DNA of 64,000 bases from Mytilus trossulus (Eukaryota). This document shows, in pieces, positions 12,150 through 26,600 of this stretch. Position 1 is the stretch's first letter; the number at the start of each line of letters is the position of its first letter. Location: contig NC_086373.1 in the NCBI RefSeq assembly GCF_036588685.1, forward strand, positions 106,330,001 through 106,394,000, given 5' to 3'. A model generated the notes under the pieces. That model made no database searches. It was not told where the DNA came from and worked only from the letters and a program-made list of their open reading frames with translations. A program made the translations under genes and the position numbers.

Positions 12150-15100
12150 AAAGATGAGTAACGGTATATCAAGGATGGCAGGATTGTTTAAATAGGACAC
12201 ATATAGAGCATAGATGGGCAGATTTTGTTCATAGAGGCCCAGATTTATATCAAAGATTGTCTAATTTGTATGAAGAGGGATTAACCTATATATTAAAGAA
12301 AGGGAGATTTTGTCCAGAGGGGGAGACATATAGCAAAGATGAGGATATATTAAGTTTTTGATGACTGCTCTAATATTGAAAAGAGAGACAGATTTATAGC
12401 AGAGATGAGATTTTGATAAGCATGGGGTATAGTGTGTTTGGAAGTTTGTTAGTCCATCTATCAATCCTCACACTGCTCTATACTTGTATCTGCTTATTAT
12501 CTTAACCACTAATCTGAATTTGAATAACACTTCAGAATCTTAACCATCTTTGCTCAAAGTTGCCATAGGGGTAAACAAAATATCTCTCCACCGTACTTAC
12601 ATCATTAAGGTTATAGTTACTTATTTCATCACTGTTCTAACATTAGAAGGTGTAACATAAGATTAGTTCTAACTTCAAGCAAAGGAGGGTTTTCAGTATC
12701 TTTTTATATTTCTAACTTAAGGGTCAGGGGGTTGTTTGTGTGGGGGCACATATATAGGCAATATGCAGAGATTGCACATCATTATTATCATCAATTTTTA
12801 AAATGAAATGACTACAAATCTTTACAATAAACTTAATGGCAGTATTAAGAAATTGAATTCAATTTAGATTAATTACTACTTCTGTAACGGAAATTTGAAT
12901 TTTTGAAGTCACAAAAAAAATGATTCCAAGTGAATAGATACAAACAGCTTTCCCTGCCGTTCTACCCTTCAATATCAGTGTCCTGTAATAGTATGTTTTT
13001 ACACAATTTGAAATCTGATATGGTTGACAATTCTGGTTGTTCTTTCCATAGATCATACAGCTGATGTTCATTTCTATAAATGAGTAGGTTTGTTAAATAT
13101 CCATAATCAGTCCTAAAATTCTGTGAAATTAACTTTAGCCATAAAAATATGACAAAATATGTACTTATATCATACAAAACAAATTCTACAAGCTCTAACA
13201 AATATCATAATTTTAAAAAAGAATTATAATTTTGACTAGTTCTTGTATATATTTTTAGTAGATTTTACTTCTAAGGAAATTATAGCCACATGCAAGTACC
13301 TTCCTACCCTTTTGTTGGGATGACGTATCTTTTTAAAACTATTTTGTTTTGGATCTAAAGGGTGGCCAATGTTTATGAAAAAGGCCTTACAAATGCATAA
13401 GAACAGGAATTTTGGCTAAAATCTTGTAAAGTACCATCCTATTGAAGCTGTCAACATTTTTAAAATAAACATTAGACAACAAAACTGTTAAGTTATCTAT
13501 CTTTTCCATGTTTTAGATATTTAATACAGTGTTTTACCAGTTTACATATGGTTTAACTCAGTTTGATTATTAGGGCCTTTGTAAGTAGAAATAAGAAAAT
13601 GTGGTATGAGTGCCAATGAGACAAGTCTCCATCCAAGTCACTATGTGTAGAAAGTAAACAAGGCCTTGTTGCCATGAATTCTCCTTTGACAGGTAAAACT
13701 TAGTTAACACATATTTGTGAGTTATTGCTTTGTTTTTTCTTTTACCTTTATTAATATGACATGTTTTTAAACTATATATAATTGTCATAATTATGATAAA
13801 TATCTCATTTTAAAACCTCTTCTTGTGTGGGATATCCATTATACCTTTGTTTCAACATTATTTAAATTATTTTAAACATATTACATGAGATGTAAACATA
13901 AATAAAACGAGATTCATGTAAATTCTCAAAATCTAAAGTGATTGTTACAACAGAAAGTGCAGTAAAGAAATTGTTTTTTTATGTAATTTTTTTCTTAAAC
14001 AGAAGCTTGATCAACTGATTTATTCATTTTAAATGTGACGATATAAATATTAGAGTTATTTCCCTTCTGCCATGTTTAAATTTTCTAGAACTTATTTGAG
14101 GAATAATATTTTGTGAAGGAAGGAGAATTTGCTCTGTTATCTTCTAAAACATTATATAAAATAAACATGTAAAAAGATGGGAACATACAATGAATCAATA
14201 CAGTAAAAAGGATAAGTTTGTAAAAAGATGGAAACACGCAATAATACAATACAATTTAAAGGATGTGTTTGTGAAAAGTGACACTTGATGAATCCACCAT
14301 ATTTGTTTTATAAATGAAATAAAAGATAGGAAAGGGAAGAGTGCAGCATTTTTTATAAACTTTTCAGAACTCTGATTTTATAGATAGTATTGCAGCTGTG
14401 TATTTTAAAGAGATTTGAGAAATGTAAAAGATATTCCTTTCAACAAGATATTTTTTTCCTTGAGAATCACAAAAATGTATCTAACCCATGATAAGGCAAG
14501 GTAACACACTTTAAAATTAACTATATTGTTATCAATTCAATTCAAGTTAAAATATGAAGATGATACTTTTATGACATTATTTATGATAGAAAGTATTTTT
14601 GCAAATCACACAAAGATGATACAGATATTTTTTTTTTAAATTCTTGAAATTATAAGAATGTAAGTTGATTTTTATGCCCAGTCTATGATGAAAGTGTGCT
14701 AAATAAGGTTAAAGTTAATACCATCAACTTTTGATCACATCAACTTGAAATTAAATAAACATGTTTATTGTCATATAAACTTTTGAAATATATGCCAAAC
14801 TAGAGTTTTGACCCATATTGTTGTTTCAGATTAAGATTATTTTATGTAAAAATCAAAGTTCTGACAACTCTGAAAGAATCCTAATCAGTAATAAATCATA
14901 TAATAATAAACAGTATCTGTTTGATAGGAAAAAATTACCTCTGATGAGTTGTTGTTGATGAAATTTTTGTCTGAGTATTTTTGATTTTATCCTCATTAAA
15001 CATTGGCAGAGGTAACCCATAGTTTGATATACAGATATAGTGTAACTTATCTCTCTGCTAAAATAGATTAAATTAACTGATATATTCTGAATATTTTTTT

Positions 15101-15399
15101 TCTCTCTATTTTTGTTATTCTTTCACCTACATAAACACAAGCTGTTAAATGTCATCTACCTGAAAGTTTTATCTTAATGCACTTCAACTTTGTTCTTTAT
15201 TTTGCCTTTAAAATATTTTCATGTAGAGTATCATTGATGACTGGGTCTTTTGTAGATGATCAGGTCTTAGGTTCAAAATTTTAATCCTGGTATGTGTTAT
15301 GAATTTAATTGCAACTATAAAGTTGTGATCCTAAGATTTGGCTCTTTCTAATATGGAGTTGTTGTATGATTGTCAAGAAGACAACTATCCACCAACAAC

Positions 15400-15500
15400 C
15401 AAAGGGATAGGGTGTTCCAACTATATTTCCCCATTCAAATGCATTGATCGGCCCCCAAAAAAGGGGGTTCCAACCCCTGGAACCCCCCTGGATCCGCTAA
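15400..15500. mobile_element. MITE fragment of the ggcggatccagg TIR class
   Basis: Ends in cccctggatccgcta, with internal gggggttccaacccc motifs. Confidence 0.5.
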
Positions 15501-18500
15501 TGGAAAAAGAGCCGAAAGATACCAAAGGGACATTAAAACTCATAAGTTGAAAGTAAACTGACAGTGCCATGGCTAAAAAAGAAAAAGATGTATGATGAAA
15601 GTTAGTGATTCTAAGCAATCCTACATTCCATTGTTGTCAGTATTTCATAGAATTATTCAAACTTTTAAACAGAAGCTTCTTCATCTGTTTATGATGAACA
15701 AAAATCAAGACTCCACAATAATATTTTGAAAATATTTTTTTCATTTTTTTTTTTATGCTTTATTGAAAAAATTGTCATAATTTTGTATTACATGTAGTAG
15801 TTAACATTTACATAGAGTTTAGGTTAACAAAATTAGACCTCAATAATTTTGTCAAACCTTCTTTGAATGTTAAGAGACTATCAGATGCTGATATCTTCTC
15901 ATCAATAAATAGCTAAGACATCCATTTCAAGCTACCACTTACATTTTATCAAACTTATATCTTGTACTGGCATCCAACAGTATGTCAAGTTCAACATGTC
16001 AGTTTCTTTACATTCTCATTCAGTCATGATTTAAATAATATCATCTCTTGTTGAGTAGGAGGCCCTTTTAAATTATATTTTGGTCAATACAAACAAAGGC
16101 CAAGGTCGGAGCAGTTATAAAAAGTCAGAAATTTGGGCAAATTGTTTGTTTCTCTTTGTTACCTATCTTGCCCATAACTTAAATTTAACTTTATACACTT
16201 GGAGCTGAAACATGCCTCAGGGAAGGTAGGACTCAAGAATTAAGAATCCAACAAAAATTATCTGTAGACTCTTGGTATTTCATTATTTTAAAACAATTAA
16301 AGAAATATATACTGAAATGAATGTCAATCAGAACAGTTTTTGACAAAATTTTCCTGTTTTCAATATTTCAATATAAGTCCCATCATCAAAGCTGGTTGTT
16401 TCAGATTAACATATCTACATAACTTTACATGGAAGTACAAACTTCATTGAAAACAAAGCATAATAGGTATTGAAGCCTTCAGAACATCTTTTTTCAAAAC
16501 TTTTGGAAATTAAAAATTGAAGAATACATTGTATTTGTTCAAAGAAACTGGTTTCCAATTTATTCATTTTCAATTGAACTCTGGGTGTGTTTGCATTGCT
16601 CTTCTTTTGTAATTCTTTATTTCTGTATGGAATTGAATGTGAAATGTGTTCCACAAATCTGCAATGAAAAGTGAATTTTGAGAAGATTTCTGTTTTAATA
16701 GTTTTCTTTCTGACAACAAATCTTATTATTGTTTTTCTTTGTGAAGGTGTTATGTTTCCATGTGATTTGATTAATTTCGATGTAATAGTTTATATTAAAC
16801 CTATGCACATTAGAAACAACATATGTGAAGTTATATTGCATTCTGCTACAACATCAAAGATTCAAAGATCATGTCTGGAACAGGTCCAACATACACAGAC
16901 TAAAAAGATGATGGCATTCTCTGATTATACCTGCTGGTTTAAATACTGTACATCAAGAAAGGTTCCTGTTTTGTGTGAAGACTGCCATTAAACTTGGTAT
17001 TGATCATTAACAGATACTTCTAAATAGTTCTTAGTACAGTACTGAGGATGTTGAGGAGGAAGTCACTTGTGGTTTTTATTCACCGAAGCAAACGGTTTTA
17101 GATGGCACATTTCACTACTATTAAAAGATGAGTGTTAAACTGTCATTGTCATTGGAAAAAATCAGGCACTGGATATAACAGTCCTAATTAATTTATTTAA
17201 TTTTTTTTAAACAATTCTGTTTTCTGTATTAAGTTTTTTAGGTTCAGGTTATTAGAGGTTGCCTTAGTTCAGGTCCATTGTTATTTCAATCATCACTTGT
17301 TTGCACCATTTGATATTAGAAAAAAATCCTATCAGATGATGTTACCTTAATTTAACAGATCATTTCTTATCAGTTAGAATATACATAAACCAAGGAAATT
17401 TGGTGCTATAGGTTACCCTGTAAGGTGTCAAGGTCATATTTGGATGTCAAGGTTGGATATATGCATGGTGTTAATGATGAAACATAGCATTAGGTAGTAT
17501 GTAAAAACTTGTATATAGAATATCAGTTGTTTATTATGACCTTTTAATCTTAGAAAAAGGACAATTTTTAAAAAAAGGTGTTCTACTTGTGTTGAAATTT
17601 GCATGTAAACTTCAGATCAAATTTGTATAAAACGGGGACACACAATTACAGGACCAGAACCTGCAATAATGAATGATGTGCAAATTAAAAAACTATATTC
17701 CTGAATCAATACATGGCTTTGATTAGGTTTGAATATGTAAAGTCATTATCACTCTCTAGAGTAAATGAAAGAAAAACATGAAACAAATAGAAATAAAAGA
17801 AAATAAGGGAATCTTTGAATGAAACTTTGATACTAGGTCTGCAAATAGGTCAGCATAGATGAAATTTTCAGTTTTTTTCTGTCAGGATCTACTGCCCTTA
17901 AATGGTGAGGATGCCGTTGTTTTTGGAAAAAAAACTATAAAAAATAGGGGAACTGCTATTTTGCATGTTGCGTGTTGCGTATGTAACCATGGTTGAGTTA
18001 GGAAGCATTGCTGACCATCAGTACACATTAGCAAAAACCATGGTTGAAAGCATGGAGAACCAATGTTTGACCATGGTCAACCTAGTTTTTAACAGGGTCA
18101 ACCATGGCCACATTTTGCAGGGACAGTTCTTTAGAGCCTTTCGTTTCATTTGTTTAGGAATCGAGGGATCAAGGTTATCTTGTTTAATTCATGTGTTGTA
18201 GTTGACAGCTTAGAGTGCTCAAGCTTTGTATATTGAAAAAAATAAGGAACAATTTTATATATATTGTATTTCATATATTTTTATGTTTTGGTGCTGAAAT
18301 GTGTGACGAAAGTTCTAACAATGAATCCTATTATGTAATAGACACAAAGCCTATCTCACAAAGAACTTTAAAAAATGTTTAATCATACCTGCAGTTATTT
18401 ATTTATATCTTTTGCAATAGGGTTTGTTTAAATATTGGGAACCAAGGTGTGTTCTATAAGATCAAAGGTACTGAAATTAAATATTTCATGTGTTGATGCC

Positions 18501-19180
18501 TTCCATTTACAATCAGATCTTTTCTGACTACAAATTATTTACAATATTTGAATAGTTAAGTATTGGACTGATTGATTTATGTACTTATATGTACGTGAAT
18601 GCCTATTTTATCTTTTTAAACCTACCAAACATGATTACGATCATTATCGATACCTGCTTGATCAATCTATTTATTTTACAACGTAAAACTTTCTGAGATG
18701 ATTTGTAAAACTTTCAGAGACGTTACATTAAAGAAAGCATGGGAATAAAGTTTGTTTTTGTGGAAAATGTTGTGTTTAGGAAGTAATTAGCACAAGCGTT
18801 CATTTAAGACGTAATAATTGTAACTCTATCTTATCATAAGTTTGTACACCAGCTGGGAAAGTTCTCATCTTTGATGTAAAAAATATCAATATGTATAAAT
18901 AGGATGTACCATTTGTATGGAAGTCACTGATTATAATACATCAAATTCTGATTTAATCAAGTTTACAAGATCTTCTCAAATCATTTTCTTCTGTTTCATT
19001 TAGAAATTAACGGAGGTTAAAAGAGAACTTTCAGATAATTATAAATTTCCTGGAGTTTATGAACGATATGAATTAACAAGCTTTTTGAGGGTGAATATTT
19101 ATTTACCTATTTTTAATGTAACTTGTTTTTCTTGAATAAGTATAACTGTGTCATATCAGCTTGAGCCTGACTAGGAATTA

Positions 19181-19398
19181 ATGTGTGAAATGACCGAAAC
19201 CAGAATGGATGTATCGGAAAATGAGGGCGTAGAGTTAGATGATGTTTTTAGTATGGATTCAGATAGGAGCAGGTCTGTCATTGAACAGCTAGTCAAGGAG
19301 AAATTTCAAACTCCAGATAAATTTTTGTTTAAACGTTCATCATCATGGATGAATAGACCGAAATCTGTCAAACGACATGAAAAAATTAAAGCTGCCAG
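19181..19398 (+). CDS. PDE4: PDE4 alternative first coding exon (isoform-specific N-terminus MCEMTETRMDVSENEG...KIKAA)
   Basis: ATG-initiated 72 codons + 2 nt with protein-like composition, ending GCC AG|gtaaga. Phase 2 joins 35323 to give ...AAS-FDVENG, or joins via the 21934 microexon. Confidence 0.78.
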
Positions 19399-20396
19399 GT
19401 AAGAAACAGTTTAATTTATTTTTTTATAGTTAAAAGCAATATATTATTTTCTCATACTGGAATTTATATCATTTTGTACTTTTTTTTATGTACATATATT
19501 TGAATTGTGTCTTCAAGATTTGTAAATTAAATATACCTGTAATTTTATACTACTATATAGTCTAAGGAAACAATGTTATCTATATGGACACTACACTAAC
19601 AACATATTAGATGTAGTATCTAACCTAGGGACTGTTTATAAACCTACACTATAATATAAGGGTCAAAATAGCCCACAGTCAAATAATTGGGCCACACAAA
19701 TCATTGTCAACCAGTATAAAAAGTAACCTCTTACTTGAATCTATGTAGGTGTAAAAAATATTTGAGAATTAGGTTGTTAGATATAGTTTCTGAAAGAGTT
19801 GCCACTGTTTTTAAAATCTTAGGCCCAAAGCAGATGTAGATGGACATTGTTATTTTACTCTTTTTGAAATAAATAATAACCAAGAGTCAAATATACTTTG
19901 AAATGAAAGAAAAGTATGCTAAAAAGATAAATATGAAAAACAATCAATAAAAAAGTGACAATATAAAATGGTCTATTTGATAATTGATAACTTGTAGATA
20001 ATAAATCTTTATCCATGCATGTGGTATGAGAGTTTCTTGTATTTTGTCAGTTATATTTTTAACATCAAAAGATATTTTAAAAAGTGGTTGGTAAAGACTT
20101 CAAATTGAAATTGCTCAGGTTGAACCTGGACAGACTGCTGATATTATTCTGTGGTCAAATCTCCTATACCATAGCTTCAATCGTTTCAATAGTTTTATAT
20201 CAACTCTAGATCAAGCTTGAACTGAAGTGACCAGTTGTGATAACAAATGTTAACTGTCAGGATTTACACAGGCAATTCTGGGGGAAATGGTCATCTTAGG
20301 GAACTATTGGTTAATATAAGATAATGAGATGTTTCCATTGTATTTACTAACTAAAGGAACTTTATATAAAGCTCATCACACCCCACTTGTATTAAT

Positions 20397-21063
20397 TGGT
20401 CAAGTCTTTTGAAATAAGTATACATCAAAGCTCTGGTCAAGTCTTTAGAAATAAGTATACCTCAAAGCTCTGGTCAAGTCTTTTGAAATAAGTATACCTC
20501 AAAGCTCTGGTCAAGTCTTCAGAAATAAGTATACCTCAAAGCTCTGGTCAAGTCTTTAGAAATAAGTATACCTCAAAGCTCTGTTCAAGTCTTTAGAAAT
20601 AAGTATACCTAAAAGCTCTGGTCAAGTCTTTTGAAATAAGTATACCTCAAAGCTCTGGTCAAGTCTTCAGAAATAAGTATACCTCAAAGCTGACTGGTCA
20701 AGTCTTTAGAAATAATTATACCTAAAAGCTCTGGTCAAGTCTTTTGAAATAAGTATACCTCAAAGCTCTGGTCAAGTCTTCAGAAATAAGTATACCTCAA
20801 AGCTCTGGTCAAGTCTTTTGAAATAAGTATACCTAAAGCTCTGGTCAAGTCTTTTGAAATAAGTATACCTCAAAGCTCTGGTCAAGTCTTTTGAAATAAG
20901 TATACCTCAAAGCTCTGGTCAAGTCTTTTGAAATAAGTATACCTAAAAGCTCTGGTCAAGTCTTTTGAAATAAGTATACCTCAAAGCTCTGGTCAAATCT
21001 TTTGAAATAAGTATACCTCAAAGCTCTAGTCAAGTCTTTTGAAATAAGTATACCTCAAAGCTG
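20397..21063. repeat. 37-bp minisatellite, ~18 copies
   Basis: Unit ctctggtcaagtcttttgaaataagtatacctcaaag. Confidence 0.95.
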
Positions 21064-21933
21064 TGGTTCCAAACCAATTAAAAATGATTGCTAGCAAATA
21101 TCCAAAGTTTTAATGAAGAGCCTAAGATATTAAGTTTCGTTCAAACCTTGCAATTTAATTAGTTTATCATATTATGTGGTGAGGAGCTCCGTTCAATAAA
21201 TGATTATTGGAAATAATGTTTTGAAAAAATGTAAAAAGGTAAAGTCTGAAAGCATCGATATAATTTCTATAAAAATAAAGGACATTTTTAAGAAGCTTAG
21301 CATATCATAAGAAAACCATTATGGGACAGCATTAGAGAACATGTTTTATGCAAATACCATTAATGCTGCTTTTATTTCTTGGTTATTAGACATGTATTAG
21401 CATTAAGCTCAGTCATTAGACATTATTATGGGTTTCTAATGTTAAAGTTAAGTAAAAGAAAAGTATACAACAATTTACAATGAACATTTTTTTTTTCATT
21501 TTAGAACAAATATGTTTTTATAATAACTCAGTACAAGAACTTAATTAAAAACTGATGCTGCTAAAATTCAGTGTATGGATTGTGCACTTATTTGTGAAGT
21601 TAGGGAGAGGGAGCGAAGTTAGGGAGAGGGAGCGGTCCTTTCATGAGCAAATAAACTTTTGTTTTGTTTGAATTATAAAGTTTTATCATAAATGATGACT
21701 TTATCAATTAGATATTAAGAAATTATCATATCATAAGGAGTTAAAATTTTGTTCAGGGCCAGGTTAAAATAGCGTCAATAGAACATAGAAAATTGGTTGA
21801 AAAATCTGTTGAAAATTAATAAGTGAAAAAAATTTCATCATGTATTATCTATTATTACATGTTAAAATATTGTATATTTATTTCTTTGAAAATTTAATTT
21901 GATCTTATAATAAGATTTTTTTTTACTTTTAAG

Positions 21934-21975
21934 GGTAAAACGTTATTCTGACGGTGAAATAACTTGCTATTCAAG
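21934..21975 (+). CDS. PDE4: Candidate 42-nt symmetric microexon of PDE4 (VKRYSDGEITCYS)
   Basis: Long T-rich tract then aag|, donor AAG|gtaaca. Phase 2/2 with an open frame. Extends exon 19181-19398 as ...KAAR-VKRYSDGEITCYS-SFDVENG. Confidence 0.55.
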
Positions 21976-22326
21976 GTAACATAATTAATAGGTTTGTTTA
22001 CAAACAGAATCTAATAGATTGTGGTGATCAAATCTTCACTAATTCATACAGAGTGTTTAGTGCTTATAGTTTTATTTACCACTTAAAACAAATCTAACAA
22101 GAAAATTGATTATATATAACACAATTTACTGAGGCAGATAGTTCTGTCAAAGTAAATATTTATTGGCAGTGAAATTGATTCCCAAAACAACTATCTCTGT
22201 AGGATGTTTCTTAAAAGAAAAGCTTTGCAATGTCCAACATATAAAACTTTTTCCTCCTTGGACGTGAGATTCTATTTGATCAAATGATGATTAGGGATTG
22301 ATGATGGGTTACATTGACTATCTCAA

Positions 22327-22397
22327 ATGTCTCCGATAAAAAATACGATAAAAAACACGATTCATTTCATTAGAAGAAGACTGATGGGAATTGATTG
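22327..22397 (+). CDS. Possible further PDE4 alternative first exon (MSPIKNTIKNTIHFIRRRLMGID)
   Basis: ATG + 23 codons + TG|gtattc (phase 2) would give ...IDC-FDVENG, resembling vertebrate PDE4 'WICFDVxNG' junctions. The donor is weak. Confidence 0.3.
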
Positions 22398-25300
22398 GTA
22401 TTCTGGATATCATTAAGTCTTGTTGATTTCAATTTCTGAATATAGTTAGAATTGGTACCTATACTTTGTTTCTTGTGATGGAGAACATATTTTGCATACT
22501 TTGATTCTGAACATGTTTGTAATATTTGTAACTGGTTGACTTTTATTCTTTACTGGACATTCTGATGGAAATTTAATATAAATTGAAATATTTGTATCGG
22601 CAATTTATACTTAAAACAAAAATAAAAATCAACAACGTCATAAAGTTAATGGAATATTATGGTGAATGTCTACAAATATTATAAACCTGCTGGAATTAAA
22701 TAAATGTCATAATTCCAAAGCAAAAAACAATAGGCAGAAGTCAAGATATGGACATTTGTTTGTCAAGGTTACAGATACCTACGTAGAAATGTACAAAGAA
22801 CCAAATATGTCTTGGCATCTGTAATCTGTCTAATTTTTCATTACAATCAGACTTGATATTGACATCTCCTGCCGTTTTACACACAAATTGGCTGATTCTT
22901 TATGAAAAATAACCTCCATCAAATGATTCTTTAATGAAAAAATTACTAAATTCTCCATATGATCTTTTATTAAAAACTATATATGGAGTTTTATAAGATT
23001 AGATTTTACTTAAGTCATTTATTTCAGTTATCTATAGTCCAGTGCTTAAAAGTTAGTTCAGGATTTTCTTGAACCGGTGATTGCTTTTGGTTGAGATATA
23101 TGTAATCATGTGTTGACAGTCAGTTAAGCAATGTTTTAAAAATTGCTTTAATTTGGTTAAGCAATATTCTAGCTAGGATGTTATCAAATCAACATAACAT
23201 CTATCTAATATTGGCAAGGATTGTCAGTTTTCATGCCGAAGAGCTTTCTGGTTCTCTTCCCCAATAATAAGTGAGTCGAGATTGCTGAAGGTGCTGTTTA
23301 TCACCAACAAACTGATAAATAGTTACCTTTGGAAAGACTTAAATCATTTATTACAGAGCTTTCTTATTTGCTAATCAATTTAGGAATAGATCGTAATAAT
23401 CTTTTAAAAGTTTCCCATTCATTCCACATTTGTCAACTTCATATTAGATTTTTCCTTTTTGCTTGGCAAAAAAATATCCTTATTAAAAAACACTGAATAA
23501 TATTAAATAAAATTTAAATTGAGGTGAATGGTAAAGTTGACCTGAAGTATTTAGAGATGTCATTGAATGTGCCAAGGCATGTTCATACCTTAATTAAATA
23601 TTGATTCTAAGATTAAATATTCTCATCAAATTTGCGATGTATTTGGTCTGTATAAAATTAATTTAGGATATTTTCATTTTCCCTTTTATGAATTTATAGA
23701 TATGTTTTGTTCTTTTTACATAAAATGCAGAATCTGATAATGAAGTTTGTGACATTAAAACATGAGATGTGTTGCTATTGATTGGTATGTCAGAGTTCTG
23801 TCAGATGACAGCTAAATGTGTTTATAGTCAATGAAAGCCTATTCCAACAAGTTAATAGTATAGTAAAGATAAAGCCATAATTGTGGCTGTAAGAAGTCAG
23901 TAAAAGTTTACATGGTTGTAACGTGTTTGATCATATTGATGAACGTTTACGCTTTGCTCTGATACAAATGTTAAGGCTGATGAGCATGTGTTTTTCCTCT
24001 TGTAAAGATGTTAAATTAGGTTCAGGACAATTAGAACAATATGTTTATTTAACTAGTATGATGTAGTACACCAGTATTGACAATCATACAACATCTTATT
24101 TTGAAAGCCAGATATGATGTCTATGTTTTAACATATTTGACTTTGAGGACATTATATGATGTCCATGATTTACAATGTTAAGAGTTACAAGTGGTAGTTA
24201 ACTTGACCAATAATACTTGACTCAATTTTTTAAACCATTGTGATAGTAATTTAAAAAAATGTTTCAAAATTCTGATAAAACTTTCTGATTATGTTTTTTT
24301 ATTGGACCCTTTTCAAGCCTCTTCATTCTATACAGGCTGTAGCTTGTGTATCCTGGAGTTGTTCACAATATTTTTGAAAACCACATTTGCATAAATCCCC
24401 CTAACCAATTATATATGTGGGTTATCATGGGGTATCACCTTAATCATTTAAAAATACAAATCAGTTAAAGAAAATGTTAATAAGTGTTCATGTTTTATTT
24501 GTAAGTTGAGATTGTTTGACAGGAGCACTCTGAGTTGTCCTGTTTGACAGTTCTATCAAGATAAGACTTTACAAATGGTTCCATAATCTGTTAGTAACTT
24601 ATATGTAATCGATACCATGGCTTGCTGTATGTATTTGGTTATAAATGAGGAGTTAAATGAATTGGATGTTATAATGCATACTCATTACAGAAACACGTAC
24701 CAGGGGATTTAAAGGGATAGAAAGTTTGATCTTGGTGGTTGTGAGAATTCAGAAATAAATGTCAGAATTGCTAATTAGACATGATGAAACTAAGTATCAG
24801 AACTTTTAATCAAATGCCATTGTTAACCATCTTCTTTTCATCGGTCAAAGTCCGTTAGCTCCATCTGTGGCTTTTACATACAAGATGTTGTTAGGACGTA
24901 ACAATTAGGTATTATGATGTGACATGTTTGTATACCACAGAATCAATACAAATATGTAGTCACGTAATGTAACTAGTCTAATGATATCAGGTTCGCACTC
25001 ATAACATTTTCACCAGAGAATTGTTTAAAAAGATAATGCAAATGTCTTTATTTTGAATTTTTTATATGTATTGTGTTGAAAAAGTTATTGGTAATGTTCA
25101 AATTGTGTAAATCACTCATGAAAAGAATTTAAAGTTAATTGAATGAAACGGTTGACAACTGAAAAAAAATCAAAGAAAAACCTGTAAAGTAACTTTTTTC
25201 ATGTTCATTTATATCAGTCATGCATGCTACTAAACAAAACCATGTTTAAGCAGGATTATGAAAAAGAAGGAGTTCTAGTATTGCATTATATGTCTCTTAT

Positions 25301-26264
25301 GTGTTGCGTTACTCTTTGATTAATTTGTTTGTAAACTTATGTGTTGCGTTACTCTTTGATTAATTTGTTTGTAAACTTATGTGTGCATTGAATATTTTGA
25401 CACATGCAGTTTAGGTTAGGCTTTCAAGCCTTTCATTATTGTAACTAACAGTTAGAGGTTAAGGAGTCCAAGTTGTTTTTTGCCTTTGATCCATACATAT
25501 ATTAAGCTAATATTGTGGTTATCTAGCATGCTCTTGGTGTTCTTAATTTGTACCTGTTTAGTTGATAAAGGCATTTCAATAGGGGTTAGAATTTCCCCTA
25601 CCTATCATATTTTATGCCTCCAAATGCCTACCCACTTTTATACCTAAAAATGCATACCCTCAAGTGTTTTAATGTTAAGTGAATGTTCACAAGGATTGTA
25701 TAAGTATGGTAAACACCCATTAAATTCTTGATTGTTACACAATTGTTAGTGGTTCCTTTGTCATGTATGTACTCCAAGTAAAACAATGGAGCAAAACTGA
25801 GAATTCTTACCTTCCTACTATGAGGAAGACATTAACACATAGATAATTGATTGGCCTAATGTGAACTCAACATAACACATGTCACCCAAGCATTGTCAAT
25901 ATGCTGTCATGTCTTATAATGTCATTCACATGTCACCCAATCATTGTCTTAGTGACATATCAAACTCAATATGTTGTATTATCTTATAATGTCATTCACA
26001 TGTCAATGTTTTTAGTTTCATCCTAGACTGAGTTTTCAGTTACTTGCAAATCATCAAAAGTGTATCCTGCTCCAATGCTTCATATCTTTGCTCTATACAT
26101 GAACTTGTACAAGTCAATTATATACCTACCAAAATCTTCTGTATTCTTCTATATGTCAGTTACTTGTCAAAGATAAATGGTAATCATCTGTCACCGTTGT
26201 CAATTACTTTTCAAAGATATATATATAGTTTCCTTAAGTGGGCTTCAGTTGACAGTATTTGTCA

Positions 26265-26600
26265 AAGATATATGGTGTATCTTTGTGTTTGTCAGTAACT
26301 TTATAAGGATATATGGTGTATCCTTGTGTTTGTCAGTAACTTTATAAGGATATATGGTGTATCCTTGTGTTTGTCAGTAACGTTATAAGGATATATGGTA
26401 TATCCTTGTGTTTGTCAGTAACTTTATAAGGATATATGGTTTGTCAGTAACTTTATAAGGATATATGGTGTATCCTTGTGTTTGTCAGTAACTTTATAAG
26501 GATATATGGTGTATCCTTGTGTTTGTCAGTAACTTTATAAGGATATATGGTGTATCCTTGCGTTTGTCAGTTACTTTATAAAGATATCTGGTGTATCCTA
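26265..26600. repeat. 41-bp minisatellite, ~8 copies
   Basis: Unit gatatatggtgtatccttgtgtttgtcagtaactttataag. Confidence 0.9.

Noticed and set aside
15760-17250. Possible decayed coding sequence/transposase on the minus strand (ORFs 16415-16654, 16671-16991)
   Set aside because: I found no recognisable motif by eye. It would need BLASTx.
23233-23270. ATG-initiated phase-2 mini exon MPKSFLVLFPNN with gtgagt donor
   Set aside because: It is too short to distinguish from chance without transcript data.
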